DNA from: Naegleria gruberi
Lineage: Eukaryota
Strand: one strand, 5' to 3'
Length of the DNA stretch: 64,000 nt
Assembly (NCBI GenBank): GCA_000004985.1
Contig: GG738878.1
This document shows, piece by piece, positions 44,601 through 56,787 of the stretch. The position numbers were made by a program, and so were the translations under genes. Every line of letters begins with the position of its first letter. Position 1 is the stretch's first letter. The notes under the pieces were generated by a model. That model was given only the letters and a program-made list of their open reading frames with translations. It had not been told where the DNA came from and did no database searches.

Positions 44601-47600
44601 TAACATTTACAATCATATCAAGATAGCCTCTATATTGTTCATAGAGCAGAATACCCAAATTGGCAAAGTTAGATTCTTGGGTTAGGATTGTAGTAAATCC
44701 ACTCACATAGACCTTGTATTGTTTCATGTACTTTTCGTCTTCATCCTCTTTCTTTTGAGCAAGAACTAATTGCTTGTTTTGTTGTTTTTGCATGTGTTGC
44801 TTGAATTGAGTTGCTTTGGTGGAAGAAGCTTCCTTCAAGAATTTGAATATTTCTTGAGTAAATTCTTGTGGCATTGATTTGGATTGATTTCCACTCTTGC
44901 TAACTTTACACATGGCTTGCAAGCATTTTATAACAGCCTCCTTGTGTGCAGCTTCTGCAACTGTTTGATAGAGATTGAACAGATTTTCAATAACAGCCTT
45001 GATTACTTCTAATTGTTGAGGTTCTCCAGTAAAATCGTTAGGAGGGAACTTCAAGTGGAAGTAATGGTGAATGAATGGAATCATAAGTTGGAAGATGTAC
45101 TTGATTTCTACATAAAGCTTTTCCTCTGGATCGTGTCCCATTAATGAATCATCCCCTTGACCCTCCAATGGCTTCTTCAATCTCAATACGAAAGAAGTTT
45201 TGGCCAACTCTAATGGGTTAGAATCTTGAGAACTGGTATTTCTTGGATGCACACCAACCCCTATTGGAGTGGCTACAGATCTGGCATCAAGTGGATCAGT
45301 TAGAATAATTTCGGTACTTCTTCTATTGTTGGAATTACCACCACTATTAACAAACATATCGAGCTCTCTTGCCATCTTGGCCAATAAACGGAATATTGGA
45401 GAGCTACTAGACATTTGCTTTTCATCTTGAACCTTATCTGCGTTGATGTAAACTTCATCCAAAAAACGGAGGAGTGGATTTCTCAACTCTGGGATTGTAT
45501 TAGGACTCAGCAATTGTTTCAAAATATCTTCAATAGATAATAAGGATTGAAGTTTAACTTCAGCAACATGATTTCTTCCATCACCACACTCTGCCAACAA
45601 ACTTAAAAGCTCAATATGGTAACAAAGGATACCATCAGGTTGTGTTTCGTGTTCCTTATTCTTGATTCTTCTATCTCTTTCCTTGATTCCTTCTTCATCG
45701 TTAAAAAGAACAATAACATCCTTCTTACGATCCAGTAAATTTTGAGTGACCAGTGTTTGGTTTCTCTTGATTGGATTTCCATCAGTACCCATGAGAATAA
45801 TCTTCAAAAAGTTGAGATAGCGAGCCTTTAAACCATGTTCTGCAATAAGATCGATAAGGTATCTAATGTGTCTTTCTTCCAACATACTACACAAGCCTCT
45901 GTTATTTCTAACAACTTCACAGATGAGTGTTGACATGCCCAAATCTTGACCAATCTTTGACATGAAGAATTCAAGATAAGGGAAGAGGATAGTTTGGTTT
46001 TCTGCATTCTTTCTCACAAAATCTGAAAGGAAGCGAACACATGCCTTGTGAATTCTTTGTTGGGATCTATTATCATCGAATGACATGGTAAGAGTTTCAA
46101 TAGCCAATTCGTGAGCACTCAAGTTTCTTAGGATTCTCTGGGTTCTTGAGCCATTCTTTTCATAATCGTCTTCAACTCGTTTGAAACTTTGTTGAATACT
46201 CTTTGAGTATTGCTCCAATGATGTTCCTGATGAAGAGTTAGCAGCATTGATAAAATTTTTAAGATCTTTCAAAATTTCGAGAATGTTATCATAACTTTTC
46301 ATGACGGCACTGGAAACTAATAATTCGATTCGTGGCAACAAGTCTTTAAGCTCTTCCTTCTCTCTATGAATACGAATCAATAAGTTAAGTGCCTTTACGG
46401 CCAATGAAGCATTTTTACACTTGGTCAAATCAATAAGAATTTTTGTAAGGTTTTGAACGGATGCAGATTCGTTAAATATGGAATCTTTGAAAAGTGAATT
46501 TTTAACAAAATCTTGACGCTTGTCTTCTGATTTGTCACTAACAGTGAAACTGTACTTGAAATTAATCAAGAAAAAGTCCACTCTAACGTTCAGTTGTTGA
46601 GATTTGATAATATCGAAAATTTCACAAACTTCTTGCTTGATTCTTGTAGTAATCATAGTTTGCTCATTCTCCTCATAAATTGCATCAAGTGCTGGTTTTC
46701 CATTAAGCTTGTCATTTGTACAATCCAAAAGCTTTAGCAATTCAACGACAACTCTGTGGGTTGGATAAATATTTGACAAATCAAACATGCCCAATTCAAA
46801 CATCTTTTTGGTCATGAAAACAAGGTTATAAATGAATAAATTCTTTTGAACACTTGTAATATCATTACCACAATCTAATTGATAGTTTTCCTTGTAAAAG
46901 TCTGTCAAGAAGGTACGAAGCTCTTTGATCTTTTTGTCGTCTTGAGTCTTTTTCATCTTTTCAATTTCTGTCCACTTTCTTGTGAAGGAAATTGTTGGAT
47001 TGGCTTCATAAGGATCAACATCCAAGAAACAATTCAAAAGAAGTGTACAAAAGCTGGATCTAATTTCAAATGGTAAATTCTTCTCCTTGATGCATGCCAA
47101 AATAAGCTCATAGCTGAACTTATTCTGAATGTATTGGATAGCTTCCTTATTTCTTCCTAAACACAAGAGAGACAAGAGTTCAATTTGTTTTTGGAAAAAG
47201 TTGAGCAAAATTAAAAAATCATCCTGTCCATCAAAGTTTGCAGTATTCGCAGAAAGTGCCTGAGACATTGCCTTTGACACAAATTCCAACAAACCATATT
47301 CAGTTCCATTAACCTTGATGCAAAGTTTGTTCTTTGGATCATTATCTACAAAGTAAGGGAACATGAGAGAGTTTGTAACCTTTTCGTCTTCGAAAAGCAA
47401 CTCGGTAATGTAGCTTTGGTTCTTCTTGATTGGTCTATTACCACAAGCACACAATGCACTAAGGAAGGAAAGATAGATTGAATTTTTAGCACTCAAATAC
47501 TCAGTGGCTGTTTCTTCTGATGATTCTTCTTTCTTTGGTGTCATTTTCTTTGCTGGAGAAGAGGAAAAACCTCTTGGGGTAACCATAAGTTTCCGTGGAG

Positions 47601-50600
47601 ATGTTAAATTTTCATCAAATCCGCCACTTTCCTCATCTACCAACAATCTTACAAAGTATCTTATTTGCTCTTTTGGCATTCTGTTCAATAGTCCATAGTT
47701 ATTTGTTAAAATTTCAATTAGGGCAACACTGGCTCCAACATCCATTTTGATATGTTGCTGAATTTCGGTAATATATTTTGACATGTACAATCCATTGTCA
47801 CTGTTCAATTTGACAGATTGTTTGATCACTCTGTACAAGTTACGGAGCAAGTAGTGATAAGATGCCAGATCTGACTCTGTCCATGTATTTTCATCTCCCA
47901 ATTTAGCAGGACTTTCTCCAAAAACTGAAAGTGAAACAATATCTGGAACATTATCAACTAACTCTTCTATAAGTCTCATTACTAAATCAATTACACCTCT
48001 TTCTCTGAGAATATTTTGTCTGCTCTTGAATGGAATACCTTCTCTCTTGAGTGGATCCTCTTCATCAGAGTCAGTCAAAAAACAAACCAATTGTGCAAGG
48101 GCAGGCAAGAGTGTTTGAAGTAACACTTTGAAATCGTCTGGTCTCTTGATAGATCTGGATTGAACTCTCCTCATAAAACTTTCAATTAATGGATAAATAC
48201 TTTGAACAAGAAGTAAGTCTTCGAGCTCCTGTTGAGGAACCTTGTAAACGGAGAATACATCCTGTTCATATAATACATTGGTAGCATAGAGTCTGAATTT
48301 CTTACGAGAGGACTTCTTTTCTGGTTTAATCATTCCAGCATTGGCAGCATTGTTTTGAGTGAGAGCTTGTTTTCTAAGATTGAGAGTTGGTTTGTTGGTG
48401 GTTGTACTACTTGGAGTTGATGGAGTTGTTTCATTCTTTCCCTTGAGTGGCGTATCATCTGCCTTCATAAGACTTGAACCAATACCAGAATCACTACTCA
48501 CACCATGAACCCAAGTCTGACTGTGGGCATGTTTCAAACGGAAATAGCTTTGCAAAGGTATTGGAGCAGTATTATGATGATTATCATGTCTCGATTGTAC
48601 ATCATGTTGACAAATAATGAAAGTGGTATCATCACTTCCCAATCCATCTTTTACAGCCAATTCAAGAGAGACACCAATTTGCTCCTTCTTTACAGCAGCC
48701 AATAGCTTTCGCTTCAACAATTTCCAATATTGATCTGTTGCTGAATTACCTGGAGATGATGTTGTTGATGAAAGTGAAATACTACTCTCATTGAATACTG
48801 AAATATTGACTTGGGATGCACTGGCAACAGATGATCTATCAAAGTCTTCAGTGTTGGCTGTAGTTCTTCTGGAAAGTTTAGAGAAGAAGGAATTTGTAAT
48901 TCCAAATTCATCATCTGAATCACTGGAGAAATCATCAAAAATATCTTCATTCTCCTCTACAAAATGACTATCCTTTGAGGCATACAGATATTTTCCACTG
49001 GAAACATGTTTAAATCTATACTTCTTATTCCACATCAAGGCACCACCTCTAGTAGGGTCAACCATTTCTACTTCCCACAAACTATCTGTGAATGCGTACA
49101 TTTTATCATTCTTTGATTGGCTCGTATCGTCATCTGTTGACTTTTTGTTGGATTTGATTGGGAGAAGAGCCTTATCGGCTGTTGAGGAAGAGGTCTTGTT
49201 GGCACTGCCAACACATTCTACTCTACCAGTTTTAGAGTTGACCGATAAAAAACTATTCAATTCTGTATGGAAAAGCCTAATAACATCACCAGCCTTTAAC
49301 ATGTTACCTGAATGAATACTTAAATAGGGAGAAAATAGACGAATTCTCCAATTGGTATATGAAAAAGATGAGGTAAATGTTGTACCTGGTATCATGTTGA
49401 TTTCTCTTCTGTCATCTTCATCAAGGGAAACCTGAGTTGATGTTGAGATGAGTTGATTATTCGAGGACAAAACCGTTGAGTAAGTAAATTGACCCAAATG
49501 AAGGAAGGTGTTACTCTTCCTGTTAAAAAATCTGACTTGATCACTCAATTTTACAGCATCACCCTCCGATCTGAATTTGTAATAAGGTAATACAATAACA
49601 TGAGATGTCGAATCTATAGCTTCTTCTGAAACAAGTGTTAGCTTGAGACAATCTTTTTGCTTTTCTGCTTTTTCTCTTGGATTTACACACAAGTATTTCT
49701 TAGTTTTCAAATGCATGAGTTGGATTGGTTGACCATATAATATTTCTTTACCAATATTTCTTTCATATTCAATATTGTTTTGTTGTTTTTCTCTTTCCAT
49801 TTTTCTTTCCAATTCTTCAATTTGAGCTCTTTGTTCCTCAGTCAAATCTAGAAAATGATATTGATGAGATTTGATGAAAGTTTTTACAGAAGGAGCTTGA
49901 ACATATTGTGTTCGAGTGGCTGCACTTGTGGAAACAGCTCCTTCTTCGTTATTTACGGCTAATTGTCCACTACTGGTATTCATGTCATTGGTGCTTTTTG
50001 ATGTTAAAATTCCACTCATGTTTGCACTTGATGATATTGTCATGGCAATAGAGCTGTTGGCAAGATTGACCGTGGTAGTAGAAGCATTGGCAGCATTTGT
50101 TGTGCTAACGGCAGCTGTTGCAGTTTTTGTAACTTTGGCCGACTGATTCATGGTCCTCAATTTTACATTTAATTGTTCCAATTTTTTGTAGAATTCTTTG
50201 TGGGCATTATAGGAAAATGCTTGTTGAACAACAAATACACATGACTTGAAATTGGATGGCAGATTCTCATCGGAAATACTTTCTAATCCACATCTAGCAT
50301 TAGCAGTAAATCTATTATTTTACATGATCACAACATAAAACAATTAAATACAATGTTCAAAAACTCTGAGAGATGAATATTTAAAACCTACCCTTTCACA
50401 CTCATGAATCCAATTTCCTCACCATTTTCATCAGTTGCCTGTTCATCATCATTTTGATAATAGACCGAAATTAAATCACCCACACAAAGCGACCTCTGAT
50501 TGAGTTGAGGTTGTTGCAACAGAAGGCTCTGAGAGGGAAGCGCTGATGATGTTCCGTTGTTTTTATTTGTTGTGTTTCCTGCCGAAACTGAGAAGAGAGA

Positions 50601-50639
50601 ACGAAGTGATTTTTTAGAGTGATTGGATGGTGGTAACAT
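41668..50639 (-). CDS. iplA: Inositol 1,4,5-trisphosphate receptor-like Ca2+ release channel (iplA-type), two exons
   Basis: Exon 1 is ~50639..50392 (MLPPS...CVGDLISVYYQND...GFMSVKG, the IP3R suppressor-domain start). An 80-nt intron (gtaggt..aataatag) leads to exon 2 at ~50311..41668, about 2960 aa in total. MIR/beta-trefoil region: YGQPIQLMHLKTKKYLCVN, RSEGDAVKLSDQVRFFN. Long RIH/armadillo regions follow. The C-terminal channel domain has 6 TM helices, a pore region and the IP3R/RyR tail NKCFICDIERARFD...EHNMWNYLFF. Confidence 0.85.
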
Positions 50640-51114
50640 CCCGAGATGAGAAAGATGATGCTATGGGTTGTTATGAGGTTGTTGTGAGTTTACGTTGTTT
50701 TCTGAAACTTGTCCAAGTGGCAGTGATGAATTTTTTTTTTAAATCTGTTCTTGACGTTTGACTGTGGATGGCTTTATGATTAGACAATCCTTCTGGTTAG
50801 TTGAAACTTGTTATCATTTTGTTAGTATTGAATTTTAAAATAAAGAAATTAAAGATTTGGTTATTTGAATGCGATAATTCATGTTAAAGAATAAATTGAT
50901 TAACATAGTGTTATCAAAGGTTTGATTATTTGGATTTATTTGACTGCTGTCTCCAAAAACTGGCGCCAAAATCTTCCGTTAAATCAATAAATTCACTCAA
51001 AAAAAACAACAAAAAACACAAACAGGTAGGCGCTGCCTGCAATCGCTACAATTTCATCAAGAATATTCACAACAATTTAAACAAACAACAATATAGTACT
51101 AAGAGGCGAGCAAT

Positions 51115-53424
51115 ATGAACCTATCCAACAAATTATATGTTGGAAAGGAAAATCTAACACCCAGCCATATGAATATTCTTTCTCCCCAAACAATTCCCTC
51201 ATCAAGAACATCAGCAACACAACAACCATTTAGCAAATCGATATCATCATCTAGTCTCTCGAAACCAACTATTGGAACTTATTCGAGAAGCAAGGCACTC
51301 ATTCAAATTCCAAGTTTTGAAGAATTAAAAAGCAATCAACAACCATTCCATACATTGTCCGAACTCTTCTCCAAGCTTGATACATTTCCAAATCTGCACA
51401 ATGATCAGAAAATTGAATTTATCAAATTATGTATTACTTGTATTGATAAGAGTTTTCTTAAAGTTCACGAGAGGGATATCTACATGTTTTGGATAATATT
51501 GGCCATTCAATTTGTTGGTAATAAGGATATTCCTAACTGGGATGAGGAAGTTAGAAAACGACTCGCCGAACATTTTGAATTCTTATCAAACTATAATCAT
51601 CCTGTTAAAGATGAGGAAAATTTCTACATTTTGAACGCCTTATTCGAGTGGAAAACCAATGAACAACCTGACAAAATATTCAGAAGTATTTCTAAGGTAC
51701 AACAGGGTATTAACCGATTGGGTGAAACTCCAATTTTGGCTGAAATCAAAGGTTCTCTTTTACAGAAATCAATATTTCCACAAGTTGAAATTTCTTACAA
51801 ACCAACCACAATGATTCCATCTTTTCAAAATTTACAAGTACCATCTAGCACACCAACAACTAAATCTACCTCTCCTCAAGATGTTAGTAATTCAGGTGCA
51901 GGATTATTTACTGGAAATAGAAGAAGAAGATCAAATTCAAATAATGACTTCCAACTCATACAACAAAATTCAACAAGGCAGTCAAGTCGTTCCAATCTCT
52001 TTGCCGGTAGTAAGCAATCATCGATCAATATTAATGCTGAAATGCCAAGCATTTCCTCTAGTCCATTTATTTCCTCTACTTCCCTTTCTTCCAACTCGGT
52101 TAGTGCAACACCAACTACTGCACTTTCCATCAAAACTACTAGTGTGCCCCCAACACAAAGCACACCTCAACCACTCCCAACACTCACTTTTCCAACTCCT
52201 ACTTCCATTAACACAGAGAATGTAAATAAGAGACCTAGAGAAGAAGTTGTCTCTACACCATCTGCAACTCCAAATACCAGTACTGCACCAAACAGTACTT
52301 CAACATCTGCTGTCTCTGAGGATGGCAGTGCCAAAAGGTCTAAGCCTACAGTATTTGTACCAATTAACAATAGAGAATACCAAGTATTAAAAAGGATTGG
52401 ATCAGGTGGAAGTTGCACTGTTTACAAGTGTGTTGATACCAATACCAAAGAAGAGGTTGCTATAAAACATATCAAGATTGACAGGACTAAAAACGATAAA
52501 ACTGTCCTTGATGGGTTTCTAGCTGAAGCTACTCTTTTAGAACAATTAAGAGCTGATGATATTGGAGAGAATATTATTAAATTAATTGATTACGAATATA
52601 GACCTCATAACAAGAGGGATGAAATCCTTCTTGTTATGGAGCTAGGTACCACTGATTTTAATAATATTATCAAGAAGAAGAGTGCCAACCAATCATTTAC
52701 TACAGATGAATTGAGAGTTTACTGGAGACAAATGCTTGAAGCAGTTTCCTTTATCCATTCGAAAAAGATTGTCCACACAGACATTAAGCCTGCCAACTTT
52801 TTACTTGTCAATGGTAAATTGAAACTTATCGACTTTGGTATTGCTAAAGTTCCAGATCATGAACAAACTCTAAGCATTTGTAGAAATTCTATTGTTGGTA
52901 CTCTTAACTTTATGCCACCTGAGAGTTTTATTAATCACAATGCCAATGATCCAAAATATAAGTTTGGTCCTCCTGGAGATATTTGGAGTCTTGGAATTAT
53001 CTTTTATCAGACAATTTACCAAAAGACACCATTCTCTGATTTTGAAGATCACCTCACCAAGATTGCACAAATTACAGATAGGAATAAGGAACCATATTTC
53101 CCACCATGTGAAGAGCAATACCAAGAGGCAGTTGACTTGCTGAAAACCATCTTGGTTAAAGATCCAAGTCAAAGACCTTCTATCCGAACAATTTTAGAAC
53201 ATCCATTTTTTGCTCAACCTTTACAACTTTCTATTAATACCAACGAAGAACAAGAAGCATTTTGTAAGAATGTGTTGAAAACTTTTGAATTCTTACTTGA
53301 AAACCTTCCATCTCAATCCGTTCCTCCCCAAAAAGCAGCTTTTAGATTATTAAAGCTTTGTCACGATAATAAGAATGGCGAAGAAATGTCAGAAGATGAC
53401 ATTACTAATTGCCTTTCACAATAA
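51115..53424 (+). CDS. mps1: Mps1/TTK-family dual-specificity protein kinase
   Basis: 769 aa. The N-terminal ~400 aa are S/T/P-rich. The C-terminal kinase domain matches Mps1 hallmarks closely: YQVLKRIGSGGSCTVYK, VAIKHIKIDRTKNDKTVLDGFLAEATLLEQL, IVHTDIKPANFLLVNGKLKLIDFGIA, GTLNFMPPE. It is divergently arranged with the IP3R-like gene, about 475 bp of shared upstream DNA. Confidence 0.7.
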   Translation: MNLSNKLYVGKENLTPSHMNILSPQTIPSSRTSATQQPFSKSISSSSLSKPTIGTYSRSKALIQIPSFEELKSNQQPFHTLSELFSKLDTFPNLHNDQKIEFIKLCITCIDKSFLKVHERDIYMFWIILAIQFVGNKDIPNWDEEVRKRLAEHFEFLSNYNHPVKDEENFYILNALFEWKTNEQPDKIFRSISKVQQGINRLGETPILAEIKGSLLQKSIFPQVEISYKPTTMIPSFQNLQVPSSTPTTKSTSPQDVSNSGAGLFTGNRRRRSNSNNDFQLIQQNSTRQSSRSNLFAGSKQSSININAEMPSISSSPFISSTSLSSNSVSATPTTALSIKTTSVPPTQSTPQPLPTLTFPTPTSINTENVNKRPREEVVSTPSATPNTSTAPNSTSTSAVSEDGSAKRSKPTVFVPINNREYQVLKRIGSGGSCTVYKCVDTNTKEEVAIKHIKIDRTKNDKTVLDGFLAEATLLEQLRADDIGENIIKLIDYEYRPHNKRDEILLVMELGTTDFNNIIKKKSANQSFTTDELRVYWRQMLEAVSFIHSKKIVHTDIKPANFLLVNGKLKLIDFGIAKVPDHEQTLSICRNSIVGTLNFMPPESFINHNANDPKYKFGPPGDIWSLGIIFYQTIYQKTPFSDFEDHLTKIAQITDRNKEPYFPPCEEQYQEAVDLLKTILVKDPSQRPSIRTILEHPFFAQPLQLSINTNEEQEAFCKNVLKTFEFLLENLPSQSVPPQKAAFRLLKLCHDNKNGEEMSEDDITNCLSQ

Positions 53425-53533
53425 ATCTTATTAATTTATTACTACTAGGAAATTTATTCACCAATCCCATCACAAAATCAACTTTATTCCCGCCCATTTA
53501 TCTTGTTTTAAATATTTAAAAAAATTAAAAAAA

Positions 53534-55767
53534 ATGAATCCACTGGCCGAAAAGCACAAAAACGAAGGAAACGAATTTTTCAAGAAGAAGGACTTTGATA
53601 GTGCTGCCACATGTTATCAAAAGGCAATCGATTTGGATCCTAACAATGCAATTTACCACTCTAATTTAGCTGCTTGCAGTCTTGCCGTTAATGACTATGA
53701 AGATGCCATCGAACACTCCGAGAGGGCTGTTAAACTCTCACCACAATATGAAAAGGCACATTTTAGATTGATTCAAGCCTATTCAGAATATTATAATATA
53801 AACAAGGCTTTAGAAGCACTGAGGAATTGTCATCAAATGTTGGTGGAAAAATATAACAATTCAATTCCTGCTGATATGCAAAAAATTATGGAACAAAGAA
53901 GTATGGAAGTTAGGAAACGAATTATTGAGAATAACAACTCAAAGAAGGTTAAGAAAATTATTTTACGTGATGGTAAATTCAATGCAGATAATGTAGAATC
54001 AATTGCTCAATTGATTGACAGGGCTGCTCTCAAAATGAATAGTAAAACTCTGAACATGGAGGAAATATTTGATTTGATTTCTGATTTTGAATTGGAAGAT
54101 TTGACTGAAGTTGACTCATATTGTACTGCAAAAGAAATTGTGACAGCTTGTTTGAAACCTGGAAAGCAAAATGACACAAATATTGGTTTGGAAAGAGTTG
54201 TGGATGACAAGTATATTAAGAAGGGGCTTATATGGCATTTATTATATGTTCCTACACATGGTACGTATCTTTAATATTCATAATATTTATTAGAAATGAA
54301 ACCTTTTCCATAATTATCATATTATAACCTTTAGGAGTTAGAGATGCTTCAGATTGTAAAAAGCTAAAATATTGTCCAAGTCCAGAACTCAGAGATTATG
54401 CTATTCATGTTTATGAAGTATTTGATTCATGTAGTCCAATTGTAATTGAACGAGCCACCTACAAACAGAAACATGAAAAGTTTGGATTCGGTCTTGAACT
54501 TTTACGTGGATTATGTGTGGCCATTATCCAGGCAAAATCCAACACTACTCCACAAAGACCACAATTTTTACCTGACAAGCTAATGATTTATGGTGTGGAT
54601 TACTTCCGTAGTAAGGCCGAAGCTGTTTTAAACTATGGATTGATAACTAAATTACCTGCTTTTAACAATGTCATGCTTCTCTCCAGAGATGAGATTCCTG
54701 GAATGATTACCATGAGTTTAGAGTTAGCTAATTCAATGGCTTCACCAGAACATCCATTTATCAAGTCCCCAGGATTGAGATCTGCTCTCATCTCAAGAGG
54801 TGAAAACTTTTCATTGGAATTTGGAAGAAATTTGTTTGAAGCTATGGCTGAATTAGCATCACTGGAACCATGGAAATACATTTCCATCATTTATCCACTT
54901 CATGTTTCAATTACTCATTCAAAATTCTCTAATAATATGGAAGTAAATCCAAGTGAAACCTTGAAACGTTTGTTAAAGAACGACGATTTAAGTTTAGAAG
55001 GTTTAGAGTATATGAATGGAAAGGAGAGAGTAGTGTGTGTGATGGGTTGTACAGATCCGAATGCAACAGGATTCTCCATTCTCAAGAATATGAGTGAATT
55101 TTCAAAGTTTGTAAGAAATCCAAATTTGATTTCTGAAATTCCATCCGTACAGTATGGTCCAATTACAAATATCAGTTTCCAAGATTTGGATGATATTAAG
55201 GCTTATTCTTGGCCTATTCATAAGGGAAGAACCTATAGCTATTATCCATTTGTTGTTACAATTCTGAAGAATTTCTTCATTACTATGGATAGAACTCTTT
55301 TGAGAAGAACAGAGTTGAAGGACTTGAAATGGATTGAAGCATTCTGTAGAGGTTTATCACAATTTATTAGAAAATGTGTCAAGCATCCACCTCTCAGTGG
55401 TTTGGAAGACAAAACCAACTTTTTGGTTACTGATGAATTTTCAAAAACTGGAATCAAAATCCAAACAACTGATGGAGAAGCTTTTGTAAAAATTATTGTT
55501 GGAAGAGATAAGGATGATGTGGTAAAGAAGTATCAATTCCATGCTGAGGATGAAGAAGAAGCAGAACAAAAGATGGTTGAAATTACCAAAGAATGGAAGA
55601 GGGAAGCTGAAAATGAAAAACCAAAAGTATGTGCTGTTTGTGGAGCTACCCAGGCTGAAGGTTCAAAGAAACTCCTCGTTTGTGGCAAATGCAAGAAGGT
55701 TCACTATTGTTCACGTGAATGTCAAGAGAAGGATTGGAAAACTCACAAGAAGGAATGTCAAAAGTAA
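53534..55767 (+). CDS. TPR-repeat and MYND zinc-finger domain protein, two exons
   Basis: Exon 1 is ~53534..54260, the intron is gtacgt..cctttag (~74 nt), and exon 2 is ~54335..55767 (about 719 aa). The N-terminal TPRs are Hop/SGT-like (AEKHKNEGNEFFKKKDFDSAATCYQKAIDLDPNNAIYHSNLAAC...). The C-terminal MYND finger is CAVCGATQAEGSKKLLVCGKCKKVHYCSRECQEKDWKTHKKEC. Confidence 0.65.
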
Positions 55768-55914
55768 TGAATTCAATAAACCAGATCAAATTCAATATTC
55801 TTCTTGGTTGGCTTTACATTGAAAAATAGCTCATAAAAAGAAACCATAGTTGTTTTGAAGTTTTGTATTTTTTATGGAGCTTTTTTAGTTTTTTCTTGTA
55901 AGTTTAATCAACCT

Positions 55915-56382
55915 TTAGTATCTAGTCTTTTTACGATCATCCTCAAAATCATCCTCCGAATAGTAATCATCATATTCACATCTATTTCTTTTACCATAAA
56001 ATGAACTATCCAAGAGGAATAGTGGACATTCTTCTTCAGCATCAGAATCTTCATCTTCTGTTTCATCTTCACTGCTACTTTCACAGCTATAATCAGCATC
56101 GGAATCTTCTTCCGAGATGAATTGCTCATCAAATTCAAGACCCTTTCTAATGACTTCATAGATCTTATCATCTGAGCAGCAGTCATTGAAAGTTTGCTTT
56201 GCTAACATTGACTCACAATTCATCAAAGCAGTCAATGGAGAAAAGGCTTCACCATCATTGGTCGTACGAACACAATTACTAGTATCAATAATTCTTCCAT
56301 CATCGACTTCATCAACCATAATAAGAGTCAACATGTTGGCGATATATATTGTTAGATAAAAACTTACCCAAAATTTTAACAT
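55915..56382 (-). CDS. Acidic (Asp/Glu/Ser-rich) hypothetical protein
   Basis: 155-aa ATG ORF. The C-terminal half is highly acidic (SEEDSDADYSCESSSEDETEDEDSDAEEE). A further open frame continues upstream across the AT-rich 56395-56660 segment, so a 5' exon may exist. Confidence 0.35.
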   Translation of the reverse strand: MLKFWVSFYLTIYIANMLTLIMVDEVDDGRIIDTSNCVRTTNDGEAFSPLTALMNCESMLAKQTFNDCCSDDKIYEVIRKGLEFDEQFISEEDSDADYSCESSSEDETEDEDSDAEEECPLFLLDSSFYGKRNRCEYDDYYSEDDFEDDRKKTRY

Positions 56383-56661
56383 TGAAAATTATCATCTTCA
56401 GATTTAAAATTAATTAAATTAATTTCATCTGATAAATTTGTTTCATCAATATGTTCTCTAAAATTTTCATTTGTTGTAAAAATTAAAAATGAATTTGAAT
56501 TATGAATTATATCTTCTCCTAATTCATCTGAAATTTCACTAATTCTAATTATTTGTAAATTTTTAATTATTGAATATAATCTTCCAAAATTAATACAAAT
56601 TGGTGAATGTTTACAATTTGATTTAATTATAAATGTATCATTATCTTTTAAATAATAAAAT

Positions 56662-56729
56662 TAGGTAGGGTTGCGCGTAGGTCTCATAATCCTAAGGTCG
56701 TGAGTTCGATCCTCACTGACCCCAACTTT
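56662..56729 (+). pseudogene. tRNA-like element: intact anticodon arm (CAU, Met-type), variable loop, T-arm and 3' acceptor strand followed by a T-run terminator, but missing the 5' acceptor/D-arm (truncated tRNA or tRNA-derived remnant)
   Basis: The sequence ...taggt-ctcataa-tccta-aggtc-gtgag-ttcgatc-ctcac-tgacccc-a is followed by actttttat (Pol III-type T-run). The T-arm GTGAGTTCGATCCTCAC is canonical. Only 14 nt precede the anticodon arm instead of the ~27 expected, and no sequence complementary to tgacccc is present upstream. Confidence 0.35.
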
Positions 56730-56787
56730 TTATCTTGTTGCAGTTATTTCAATTTACATTGTAAAACTTAAAATTTTAAATTAAAAA

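Noticed and set aside
50930-51118. 62-aa Lys-rich ORF just upstream of the Mps1 gene.
   Set aside because: It sits in the divergent promoter between the IP3R-like and Mps1 genes and its composition is AT-rich and low-complexity. It is more likely 5' UTR or promoter than a gene.
55915-56382. Treating the acidic protein plus the AT-rich upstream ORF as a confident two-exon gene.
   Set aside because: The putative junction (…ttttgg|gtaagttttt…) gives no acceptable acceptor or phase, so only the ATG ORF is reported, at low confidence.
56662-56729. Calling a complete tRNA-Met gene.
   Set aside because: Only about 14 nt precede the anticodon arm and nothing complementary to the 3' acceptor strand (tgacccc) is present. 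It cannot fold into a full cloverleaf, so it is reported as a truncated tRNA-like element instead.
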